Assembly (NCBI GenBank): GCA_029269845.2
Contig: CP149973.1
Coordinates: 1,140,001-1,172,000 of the forward strand
Length of the DNA stretch: 32,000 bases
Origin: Opitutia bacterium KCR 482
GTDB lineage: Bacteria; Verrucomicrobiota; Verrucomicrobiia; Opitutales; Intestinicryptomonadaceae
Reading direction: 5' to 3'
The position numbers and the translations under genes are program-made. Below the pieces are notes generated by a model. It saw only the letters and a list, made by a program, of their open reading frames with translations. It was not told where the DNA came from and searched no databases. Below are positions 1 to 7,762 of the stretch, piece after piece (positions within the stretch are counted from its first letter, which is position 1; the number at the start of each line of letters is the position of its first letter).

Positions 1-270
1 ATCATTCTCAAAGCAATCGGAATGCCGACCGACATGTTCACGGTGATTTTCGCAATCGGCAGAATGCCGGGGTGGATTGCACACTGGCGCGAAGTGGCGT
101 CGCAGACAAAGGGCAAAATCAGCCGCCCCAGACAGATTTATGTGGGCGCGCCGATTCGCGACTACGTGAAAATGCGCTACCGCGAGGGCGAAATCCCCTC
201 GGATTGGGAGGACGACGACCACAAGTCCTACGGCGGCGGCTCTTCCGAAAACGCCTCCGCAAAAGCGTAA
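1..270 (+). CDS. gltA: citrate synthase, C-terminal fragment (5' end lies outside the window)
   Basis: Frame 1 is open from base 1. [15 protein letters not shown]...[11 protein letters not shown] matches the conserved C-terminal block of citrate synthases. Stop TAA at 268-270, followed by a hairpin terminator. Confidence 0.85.
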   Translation: MILKAIGMPTDMFTVIFAIGRMPGWIAHWREVASQTKGKISRPRQIYVGAPIRDYVKMRYREGEIPSDWEDDDHKSYGGGSSENASAKA

Positions 271-293
271 TCAAACGCATTTGAAAATTCCGA

Positions 294-320
294 CGCGCGG
301 GCAACCGCGCGTTTTTTTTT
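294..320 (+). terminator. Rho-independent terminator of gltA
   Basis: Stem CGCGCGG (294-300) / CCGCGCG (305-311), loop GCAA, then a T9 run (312-320). Confidence 0.8.
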
Positions 321-424
321 GCGCCCCCAGACGGCAACGCGCAAAGCCGAAGCTCGGAAGAAAACATTCCCGCCCCGCTCGGACGCCGCAAAACACACGC
401 CGCCGCGGAAAAAAATCGGAATCG

Positions 425-454
425 AAAAAAGCCCGCGAACCTTGCGGTTCGCGG
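425..454 (-). terminator. Rho-independent terminator of the porin-feoAB operon
   Basis: 9-bp stem 433-441 / 446-454 (CCGCGAACC / GGTTCGCGG), loop TTGC. The A6 run at 425-430 is a U-tract on the minus strand. It lies 49 nt downstream of the last gene of the operon. Confidence 0.75.
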
Positions 455-502
455 ACTCGACAGCGTAATTATGATTAGAAGAAATATTTTCGCGAAGCGG
501 TT

Positions 503-685
503 TTAGCGTTTCTTTTCGGCGGAAATGTCCCAATGCTTGCCCGCCGCGCCGCAATGGCAACCGCCTTTGCACGCGCCGCCGCACGAGCACCCGCCGTTCG
601 CCGCTTTTTTTATGCCGCGCGAAATCGTCATAATCGCGACATACGCGAGAATTACACCCAAGATAACGGATATTGCAGTTTCCAT
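503..685 (-). CDS. FeoB-associated Cys-rich small membrane protein
   Basis: 60 aa with one N-terminal TM helix (AISVILGVILAYVAIMTI) and a Cys/Gly-rich tail (GGCSCGGACKGGCHCG). It starts 18 nt downstream of feoB on the same strand, the typical architecture and position of the FeoB-associated family. Confidence 0.7.
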   Translation of the reverse strand: METAISVILGVILAYVAIMTISRGIKKAANGGCSCGGACKGGCHCGAAGKHWDISAEKKR

Positions 686-703
686 TTTATTTCCTTTCCT
701 TTG

Positions 704-2866
704 TTATGAAATCAACTTTGTGCCGATGTTAAGCAGCGAACCGATTTGGTACACGATGAGAGTCGCGATGTACGCGAGGGCGAACAGCCCGAAGGTTTCG
801 GCTATCGTGAGTTTCCAGGAGTTCAATTCGCGCTTCATGACGGCGAGTGTCGCCAAGCAGGGAATGGACATCAGCGAGAATAGCATCATACAGAAGCCCT
901 GCAAGGGAGTGTAGACTTTTGCGAGCTTTTCGCGGAGCGTTTCGGACTCTTCGTCCGCTTCGCCCTCGGCGTAGAGAATGCCCAGCTGCGATACGAACAC
1001 TTCCTTTGCGGCGAGAGCGCCGATGCTTGCCGTGGTCAGCTTCCAGTCGAATCCGATGGGCGCGAACATGGGTTCGAGGAACTTTCCGATTCTGCCCGAA
1101 ACCGTGTATTCGAGCATTTCCGCGCTCTTTTCGTTTTCTATTGAAGCCACTTCCTCTTCGATTTTCTCTTCCGAAAGCTTCTTCGCCGCGCCCTCTTTCT
1201 GCACCTGTTCGACTATTGCGTCGTAGTCCTTCGAGAACACCGTCTTTTCGGGATACGTGTTGGCGATGAACAGGATTATCGATGTCGCGAGAATGATTGT
1301 CCCCGCTTTGTGGAGGTACATTTTACCTCTGTCCCACATGTGGAGCAAAAGGCTCTTCAACGTGGGCATGCGGTACGGAGGCAGCTCCATGAGGTAGACT
1401 TCGCCGTCGCCCTTGAAAAGCGTGTTGCGCATGAGCTTTGCCGCAAACAGCGCGACAACCACGCCTATTACGTACATCACCCACATCATCGCCGCCTGAT
1501 ACTGCGCCGCGAAGAACGCGGGGATAACGAGCGCGTAAATCGGAAGGCGCGCGCCGCAGCTCATAAGGGGAAGCACCATGACGGTAGCCTTGCGGTCGTT
1601 GTCCGATTCGATACAGCGTGTAGCCATAATCGCCGGAACATTGCAACCGAAGCCGAGAACCAGCGGGACAAACGAACGCCCCTGCAAGCCGAACTTCCTC
1701 ATGACGCCGTCCATTACGAACGCGGCGCGAGCCATGTAACCTGAATCTTCGAGAATTGCGATTGCAAAAAACAAAAACAGGATATTAGGCAGAAATACAA
1801 TCACGCCGCCGACACCCCCGATGATACCGTCGGTAACCATCGACCGCCAGAACGGAAGAGTGTCTTCGCTCCAAACCGACTGTACGAATTCGGAAAGGAA
1901 ACCGAAGCCCTCCTCAATCCAGTCCATAAACGGCTGGGCGCAGGTGAACGTGAATACAAACATCAAGTAAATAATGGCGAGGAACAGCGGGAGACCCACA
2001 TATTTGTTCGTCATTACCGAGTCTATTTTGTCGGAAATTTCGCGGCGGCGTTCGCGCGTCATTGATATCGCATGGCTGCACGCGCCCGCAAGCATTGCGT
2101 AGCGTCTGTCGGCCATGAAGCTTTCGGAGTCTATCGCGTGGCTGTCCGAAAGGTGGGCAATTTGCTCCTTGACCTCGCCCTTGACGGGATTGAAGTCGGC
2201 GATTTTCGCGGTGCACGAGTCGTTTTCGAGCAGCTTGATTGCGAAGAAGCGCGACGGAATGTGCGCGAAACGTCCGATTTTAAGCGCGTCGATTTTCGCG
2301 GCGACGGCGTTGATTGCGTCGTCGGCGTCCGCCCCGTAGGTGAGCATGGGGACGTTGTGCGCGGGAAGCTTCCCGATTGTTTCGGCAAGCTTTACGACAA
2401 GCTCCTTCATGCCTTCGCCCGTGCGTCCGATTGTCTGCACTATCGGCGAGCCGAAGTATTTTTCGAGCTTCGCGATGTCGAATTTCATTCCCTTTCTGCG
2501 GGCGTCGTCGCTCATGTTGAACGCCAGAATCATGGGAATGTGGAGTTCGGCAAGCTGTGTCGTGAGGTAGAGGCTTCTGCGGGGAATCGAGGAGTCCACA
2601 ACATTGAGGATAAGGTCGATTCCGGGCTTTGTCAGCTCGTTGAAGACCACTTCCTCTTCGGGCGAGCCCGACGACAGCGAATACACGCCGGGGAGGTCGA
2701 TAAGCTCGATTTCCAAGTCGCCGATTTCAAACGTGCCCGACTTGCTTTCGACCGTCACGCCGGGGTAGTTGCCGACGTGCTGGCGCGTGCCCGTAAGGTC
2801 GTTGAAAATCGAAGTTTTGCCGCAGTTAGGATTGCCCGCAAGCGCAACTCTGAAACGTTTTTTCAT
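704..2866 (-). CDS. feoB: ferrous iron transporter FeoB (G-domain plus polytopic membrane domain)
   Basis: 720 aa. N-terminal GTPase motifs (GNPNCGKTSIFNDLTG, DLPG) are followed by a long hydrophobic permease domain. The start overlaps the feoA stop (ATGA). Confidence 0.95.
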   Translation of the reverse strand: MKKRFRVALAGNPNCGKTSIFNDLTGTRQHVGNYPGVTVESKSGTFEIGDLEIELIDLPGVYSLSSGSPEEEVVFNELTKPGIDLILNVVDSSIPRRSLYLTTQLAELHIPMILAFNMSDDARRKGMKFDIAKLEKYFGSPIVQTIGRTGEGMKELVVKLAETIGKLPAHNVPMLTYGADADDAINAVAAKIDALKIGRFAHIPSRFFAIKLLENDSCTAKIADFNPVKGEVKEQIAHLSDSHAIDSESFMADRRYAMLAGACSHAISMTRERRREISDKIDSVMTNKYVGLPLFLAIIYLMFVFTFTCAQPFMDWIEEGFGFLSEFVQSVWSEDTLPFWRSMVTDGIIGGVGGVIVFLPNILFLFFAIAILEDSGYMARAAFVMDGVMRKFGLQGRSFVPLVLGFGCNVPAIMATRCIESDNDRKATVMVLPLMSCGARLPIYALVIPAFFAAQYQAAMMWVMYVIGVVVALFAAKLMRNTLFKGDGEVYLMELPPYRMPTLKSLLLHMWDRGKMYLHKAGTIILATSIILFIANTYPEKTVFSKDYDAIVEQVQKEGAAKKLSEEKIEEEVASIENEKSAEMLEYTVSGRIGKFLEPMFAPIGFDWKLTTASIGALAAKEVFVSQLGILYAEGEADEESETLREKLAKVYTPLQGFCMMLFSLMSIPCLATLAVMKRELNSWKLTIAETFGLFALAYIATLIVYQIGSLLNIGTKLIS

Positions 2867-3120
2867 TTTTGAAGGTCTCCTATCAAAATGTTTTTAGCGT
2901 CCTCCGAGTGGAATGCCATGCTTGTTTCCATGACCTTTACTCTGAGGAGTCCGCCGAAGGGGGCCTTCGCTTCTAGGATAAGCTCCGTGCCGGGCATAAT
3001 GCCGACGTCGGCGAATTTCTTTTTGCCGCGCATGTCGGGCAAAATTTTCACGATTTTCGCCGACGCGCCGACGGGAAGGTCGGCGAGCGTGGCGTTTTCA
3101 GATTTTTCGTTCTTTTTCAT
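2863..3120 (-). CDS. feoA: ferrous iron transport protein FeoA
   Basis: 85 aa of SH3-like FeoA type (LADLPVGASAKIVKI...GIMPGTELIL...PFGGLLRVKV), immediately upstream of and overlapping feoB. Confidence 0.9.
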   Translation of the reverse strand: MKKNEKSENATLADLPVGASAKIVKILPDMRGKKKFADVGIMPGTELILEAKAPFGGLLRVKVMETSMAFHSEDAKNILIGDLQK

Positions 3121-3145
3121 AATTTCACTCTCGTATGGAGCGGCA

Positions 3146-4435
3146 TTAGAAAGTTATTTCGGCTCTCGCGCCGAGAACATACGCGGTTTCCTTCGCGCCG
3201 CTGTCGCTGTTGACCGGATTCATGAAGATTTGGAAATCGGGCTGAATGGCGATTGCGGGCGTGAGCTGGCAGCGGTAGGTGAATTCGAGCGTGCCGTCGT
3301 AGTGCTGGCCGAAGTCGGCGCGGGCGTCGCGTTCGTTTCCGATGACCGAGTACGCAACCGCGAACACGTCGTCGTCGCGGCCGGGAATCGGCGCAAACCA
3401 GTTCAGTCCGAAGTCGGCGTAGAAGTTGTTGTCGGACGATTTCGACGAGGGAACGAGCCCCAAGCGGACAAAACCGCCGAGCTTTGCGTTGCCTTCGGAG
3501 TCGTTAATGAAGTCCTGTTGGAGACCTACGAAGAACGAGTAGAAGTTTCTGTCGTCGAATTCGTCGAAATTGACCTTCGAGGGGTCGCTGTGGTAGTTGC
3601 CGCCGAATACTACGCGGCCGGCGAGGTCGCCGATTGAGTAGTTGTAGCCGAACTGGTACCAGAAGGCGATTGTGTCGAAAGTGTTGGAGTAGTCGAAGCC
3701 GTTGTTCGAGGAGATGTCCGCGCCGACGTTGCCGTTATAGAGGCCGAACGTCGCGTCGAAGCTACCCATCGAATAGTAGACTACCAAGCCGAGCGTCGCT
3801 ACGTTGTACTGCGAAAACAACTGCGCGGGCGCGACATTCGGGATAGCTCCGAGCGACGAATTGAGGAACACGTCGGAATAGTCCATGCCCATGAAGTCTT
3901 CGTCGGCGGCAAGCTGTCCGATTCTGAACCCGAAGTTGCCCGCTTTCGTTTCAAACTCGTTTGCATAGTAGATTTCGAAAGCGCGGAGCATTTCGCCCGC
4001 GACGATGTTCGAATATCCGCCCTGCGACGATTCGAAGCCGAGGTCGCCGCCGTGCGACGCCGTGTAGTAGAACGCGCTTACGCCGATTTTACCGGCGTGT
4101 TCGACGCCCGTTGCAACCGACAAATCCTCTTCAAAGCCGACCGTGAAGAGCGAATCGACCACGTTCTTGATATTGTTGCCGCGCGTGAAGTTGCCCCACG
4201 CTTCGCCCGTCCATACAACCGAGGGCGTGAAACCCGTGTCGGCGGAGAGCTTTTCGGTGGCGTCGGCAAGGAACAGGCTGTCCCTTTCGTACCATTTCTG
4301 GGTCTCCGCGGTAGCTTCGCCCTTGACCGCTTCCGCTTCGGGAGCGGCTGCGGTGTTTGCGCTCTGCGCGAACGCGCCGAGAGTCGTTAATGTTGCGCAC
4401 ATTGCCAGTGCAGTTTTTGCAGTGTAGTGTTTCAT
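3146..4435 (-). CDS. outer-membrane porin, OprB/carbohydrate-selective porin family (candidate iron-uptake porin)
   Basis: 429 aa. Signal peptide (ALAMCATLTTLGAFA/QSA), alternating beta-strand pattern, aromatic-rich, C-terminal ...GARAEITF ending in Phe. It is the first gene of the feoAB transcription unit, 25 nt from feoA. Confidence 0.75.
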   Translation of the reverse strand: MKHYTAKTALAMCATLTTLGAFAQSANTAAAPEAEAVKGEATAETQKWYERDSLFLADATEKLSADTGFTPSVVWTGEAWGNFTRGNNIKNVVDSLFTVGFEEDLSVATGVEHAGKIGVSAFYYTASHGGDLGFESSQGGYSNIVAGEMLRAFEIYYANEFETKAGNFGFRIGQLAADEDFMGMDYSDVFLNSSLGAIPNVAPAQLFSQYNVATLGLVVYYSMGSFDATFGLYNGNVGADISSNNGFDYSNTFDTIAFWYQFGYNYSIGDLAGRVVFGGNYHSDPSKVNFDEFDDRNFYSFFVGLQQDFINDSEGNAKLGGFVRLGLVPSSKSSDNNFYADFGLNWFAPIPGRDDDVFAVAYSVIGNERDARADFGQHYDGTLEFTYRCQLTPAIAIQPDFQIFMNPVNSDSGAKETAYVLGARAEITF

Positions 4436-4455
4436 TGTATTAAAATGTTTTCAAA

Positions 4456-4471
4456 GTTAGAGGCAGCTAAC
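4456..4471. promoter_or_regulatory. inverted repeat GTTAG-N6-CTAAC (core GTTA-N8-TAAC), candidate operator 1
   Basis: Read directly: GTTAG 4456-4460 and CTAAC 4467-4471. It lies in the predicted 5' UTR of the porin gene. Confidence 0.4.
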
Positions 4472-4490
4472 ATTCAATTTTCGGAGGCGT

Positions 4491-4519
4491 ATAAAAGTTA
4501 GTCTTGTTTAACTTGTCAA
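4491..4519 (-). promoter_or_regulatory. predicted sigma70-type promoter of the porin-feoAB operon
   Basis: The minus strand reads TTGACA (4519-4514), a 17-nt spacer, then TTTTAT (4496-4491). This lies 56-84 nt upstream of the porin ATG in an AT-rich island. Confidence 0.4.
4495..4514. promoter_or_regulatory. inverted repeat AAGTTA-N8-TAACTT, candidate operator 2
   Basis: AAGTTA 4495-4500 and TAACTT 4509-4514. It occupies the spacer between the predicted -35 and -10 elements. Confidence 0.45.
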
Positions 4520-4520
4520 C

Positions 4521-4548
4521 AAAAAAGTTAATCTTTTCTAACTTTTTT
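4521..4548. promoter_or_regulatory. perfect 10-bp-arm inverted repeat AAAAAAGTTA-N8-TAACTTTTTT, candidate operator 3
   Basis: Arms at 4521-4530 and 4539-4548 are exact reverse complements. It lies immediately upstream of the predicted -35. Confidence 0.45.
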
Positions 4549-4681
4549 GTTTTCCGAAAATCCCCCGCGCCCAGAAACCCGCGCAGGAACAGGGGGAAAT
4601 GCGCGTCGCCGCCGCGCGGATCGAAGTTTTATGCGCTTTTAAATGTTGCAAAAAATACCGATTTCCAATTCAGTATGACCA

Positions 4682-6052
4682 ATGGACAATAAAAAAGCTA
4701 TCGTCATAGGCGCGGGCGTCAGCGGCATGACAGCCGCGCTGAAACTCAAAGACAGGGGCTTCGACGTCGCGGTTCTCGAACGCGAAGCGCGCGCGGGCGG
4801 CGTAATCGGCACGTTCGCAAAGGACGGCTTCAAGGCGGAAAGCGGCTCGAACACGGTGATGGTTCAAAGCAAAAAAACTTTGGACTTCCTCGACAGGCTC
4901 GCAATCAAGTCGAAGCTCGAAACCACAAACCCCGCCGCAAAGAAACGCTTTTTTGTAAAGTACGGCAAGCCGCAGGCGGTGCCGATGGGGCCGCTCTCGC
5001 TGCTGACAACGCCGCTGTTTTCGTTCTTCGGCAAGCTCAGGCTTCTCTGCGAGCCGTTCGTAAAGCCGCTCGACGCCGAAGACCCGAGCATGGCGGAATT
5101 CATTTTGCACCGCTTCGGCAAAGACGTGCTCGACTACGCAATAGACCCGTTCATGGGCGGCATATACGGCGGAAGCCCCGAAAAGCTCTCGGCAAAATAC
5201 GCGTTCCCGCCGTTCTGGAATTTGGAGAAAAAATACGGCTCGATAATACGCGGGGCAATCAAATCCATGAAGGAAAAGAAAGCGGCGGGCAACTTCTTCA
5301 AACCCATGACGATTTCATTCGAAGGCGGCATGGAAACGCTCGCAAAGGGGCTTGCCGACAACCTCGGAGACTCGCTCAAATGCGGCGCGAAAACGCTTTC
5401 AATAGACTTCGGAGGCGACGGCTGGCAGGTCGAATGGGTGGCGGGAGACGAGGAAATTTGCGACAACTACGACGCGCTCGTAATCGCAGTCCCCGCGGCG
5501 GAAATTAGAAATCTGCCGACGGCGGGAAGCCTCGCCGCCGCCCTCGCGCCCCTCGACAGAATCGAATACGCGCCCGTTGCGACATACACAATGGGGTTTC
5601 CGAAAGACGCCGTGAAAAACAGGCTCGACGGCTTCGGCGCGCTTACGCCGTCGTCGGAAAAGCTGCACATTTTAGGCTCGCTGTACGTCTCCACGCTCTT
5701 CCCGAACCGCGCGCCCGACGGATTTGCGACGCTCACAAACTACGTCGGCGGAACGCGCAACCCCGAACTCGCGACGCTTCCCGAAAGCGAAATGAGAAAG
5801 CTCGTGCTCGAAGACCTGTCGAAAATCCTCGGAGTTTCGGGAGAGCCTGTCTTCGAAAAACTTTTCTTTCACAAACACGCAATACCGCAGTACAATGTGG
5901 GCTACGGCGAATTTCTCGAAGCCGCCGACGAAGCGGAGCGCAAGTTCCCGAACTTGTCGCTCGTTGGCGCGTACCGCGGCGGCGTGGGGGTAAGCTCGTG
6001 CATCGAAAGCGCGCTCGCGGCGGCGGCGAAACTCGCCGACAGACTTTCTTGA
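4682..6052 (+). CDS. hemY: protoporphyrinogen/coproporphyrinogen oxidase, FAD-dependent (HemY type)
   Basis: 456 aa. N-terminal dinucleotide fold KKAIVIGAGVSGMTAALKL...LEREARAGG, C-terminal GAYRGGVGVSSCIESA. It is followed 1 nt later by ferrochelatase. Confidence 0.85.
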   Translation: MDNKKAIVIGAGVSGMTAALKLKDRGFDVAVLEREARAGGVIGTFAKDGFKAESGSNTVMVQSKKTLDFLDRLAIKSKLETTNPAAKKRFFVKYGKPQAVPMGPLSLLTTPLFSFFGKLRLLCEPFVKPLDAEDPSMAEFILHRFGKDVLDYAIDPFMGGIYGGSPEKLSAKYAFPPFWNLEKKYGSIIRGAIKSMKEKKAAGNFFKPMTISFEGGMETLAKGLADNLGDSLKCGAKTLSIDFGGDGWQVEWVAGDEEICDNYDALVIAVPAAEIRNLPTAGSLAAALAPLDRIEYAPVATYTMGFPKDAVKNRLDGFGALTPSSEKLHILGSLYVSTLFPNRAPDGFATLTNYVGGTRNPELATLPESEMRKLVLEDLSKILGVSGEPVFEKLFFHKHAIPQYNVGYGEFLEAADEAERKFPNLSLVGAYRGGVGVSSCIESALAAAAKLADRLS

Positions 6053-6053
6053 A

Positions 6054-6962
6054 GTGGCGGAAGCTCGGATAATCGTAAGCCTCGGCTCGCCCTCCGATTT
6101 CTCGGCGGGAGCGGCGGAGGCTTTTTTGCGCGGGTTTCTGTCCGACCCCCTCGTGCTCCCGCTGCCATCGCCTTTCAGGGAATTTTTCGCCCGCAGGGTG
6201 GCAAAAAAACGCGCGGCGGCATACGCAAAGCAGTCGGAAAAATTATCTCTCGGCGGAAAATTTATAACCAAGCACTACGCCGAATCGCTCGCCGAAAAAG
6301 TCGGCGCGATTTCGGGAGTGCCGACTTTCGCGGCGTACAGATACGGCGAAAACGACATAGCCCGAACCGTCGCAAAACTCCGCGAAAGCGGCTTCGACGA
6401 ATTTTCCTTCGCCGCCGCCTACCCGCAGTTTTCCAACGCAACGACGCTCTCGGCAAAACTCGCGGCGGAGGAGGCGACGCGCGGGCTTAAATTCCGCTTC
6501 GCACAGCCCTACTTCGACAACCCGCTATACATAGACATGCTCGCGGAGTCGCTCGGACGGCTCGGCGACTGCGGCGCAATAATAGCGTCGTTCCATTCCG
6601 TGCCCGAATCGCAGCGCAGCCCCTATGCGGAGCAGTGCGAAAGGACGGTGTCGCTGCTCTGCGAGAAATCGGGGCGCGGAGACATCATGCTCGGCTGGCA
6701 GTCGAAGACGGGGCGCGGCAGGTGGCTTGAGCCTGCGACGCGCGGACTGCTCGGCAAATGCGCGTCGCGCGGAATAAAAAAAGTCGGCGTTCTCTGCCCC
6801 GCGTTTTTTTGCGACTGCACCGAAACCCTCGCCGAAATCGACCGCGACGCCCGCGCGTATTTTCTTGAACGCGGCGGGGAATCGTTCGAATATGCGCCGT
6901 GCCCGAACGACTCGGACGCGCAGGCAAAACTTTTCCGCAACATTTTCGAAAACATAAAATGA
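6054..6962 (+). CDS. hemH: ferrochelatase
   Basis: 302 aa with a GTG start. Motifs: IVSLGSP...AFLRGFLSDPLV, SFHSVPES, CPAFFCDCTETLAEID. Confidence 0.85.
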   Translation: MAEARIIVSLGSPSDFSAGAAEAFLRGFLSDPLVLPLPSPFREFFARRVAKKRAAAYAKQSEKLSLGGKFITKHYAESLAEKVGAISGVPTFAAYRYGENDIARTVAKLRESGFDEFSFAAAYPQFSNATTLSAKLAAEEATRGLKFRFAQPYFDNPLYIDMLAESLGRLGDCGAIIASFHSVPESQRSPYAEQCERTVSLLCEKSGRGDIMLGWQSKTGRGRWLEPATRGLLGKCASRGIKKVGVLCPAFFCDCTETLAEIDRDARAYFLERGGESFEYAPCPNDSDAQAKLFRNIFENIK

Positions 6963-7762
6963 CAAACGCAATTTTAATTCTCGCCGCCGGACTCCTCTAT
7001 CTGGCGTCCTTCGCCTCGGTGAATTTCGGGGCGCAAACGGAATCGAAAAAACGCCGCGCGTTCGCGGCGGCTCTCGCGGGATTCACGTTCCACACGGCGG
7101 CGTTGGCGCTGCGCTACTGGCGGACGGGCTGCGCGCCCGTGGCGACCTCCTACGACCTGCTCGAATCGGTGGCGTGGATTTTCGCGGCGGTGCAAATCGC
7201 CGTCGCCCGCCCGTCGAAAAACGGGCTTGCGGGGATATTTTCAATGCTACCCGCGGGGATTCTCGCCCTGCTGCCGCTCGGCTGCCCGATGTTCGCCGCG
7301 GCGATGGACGGAACGCCGAAAGCGTCGGTGCAGTTCGCCGCCGCACACGGGGTGCTCGCCGCGTTCTCGTACGCTTTCATGGCGGCGGGCGCGGCGTTCG
7401 GGGCATTGTTTTTGATGCAGCAAAAGTCCCTGCGGAACAAAATCGGCGGAGGCGCAAAAAAAGCCCTGCCGCCCCTTCAAACGCTCGAACGCGGAACGGG
7501 CGCGTTTGAAGCCACCGCCACGCTCTCGATGCTCGTCTCGATTTCCGCGGGAATTGCCGCCGCGGGAAACGCCGAAATCGGCGGGCTTTCCGCGCTCAAA
7601 TTCGCGGCGGGCGGCGCGTTGTTCGCGGCGCAAATCGCGGTCTGCGCGTTCACCGCGACGGGAATTCTTCGCGGGGCGCGGCTGTCTAAAACGGCGGTAA
7701 TGCTCTTCGTTGCGGCGTTGTGCGCCCTCGTACCAATCGAAATAGGAAGGACACTCCAATGA
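6959..7762 (+). CDS. cytochrome c assembly protein-family membrane protein (HemX/YpjD-like; no Trp-rich heme-handling motif seen)
   Basis: The ATG at 6959 overlaps the hemH stop (ATGA). About 8 TM helices. RYWRTGCAPVATSYDLLESVAW and AAHGVLAAFSYAFMAAGAAFGALFLMQQKSLR resemble the CcsA/HemX family. The longer ORF from 6899 would overlap hemH by 64 nt. Confidence 0.6.
   Translation: MTNAILILAAGLLYLASFASVNFGAQTESKKRRAFAAALAGFTFHTAALALRYWRTGCAPVATSYDLLESVAWIFAAVQIAVARPSKNGLAGIFSMLPAGILALLPLGCPMFAAAMDGTPKASVQFAAAHGVLAAFSYAFMAAGAAFGALFLMQQKSLRNKIGGGAKKALPPLQTLERGTGAFEATATLSMLVSISAGIAAAGNAEIGGLSALKFAAGGALFAAQIAVCAFTATGILRGARLSKTAVMLFVAALCALVPIEIGRTLQ

Noticed and set aside
2072-2872. 266-aa plus-strand ORF
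   Set aside because: It is antisense to feoB, which has unambiguous GTPase and permease motifs.
4521-4548. The perfect 10-bp-arm hairpin considered as a Rho-independent terminator
   Set aside because: The stem is almost entirely A/T and it sits upstream of the promoter of a divergent gene pair, with no gene ending nearby. An operator or UP-element role is more plausible.
4504-4692. 62-aa ORF in the porin/hemY intergenic region
   Set aside because: It spans the AT-rich operator/promoter region and runs into the hemY start. Its composition follows the A/T runs, and there is no RBS or recognisable fold.
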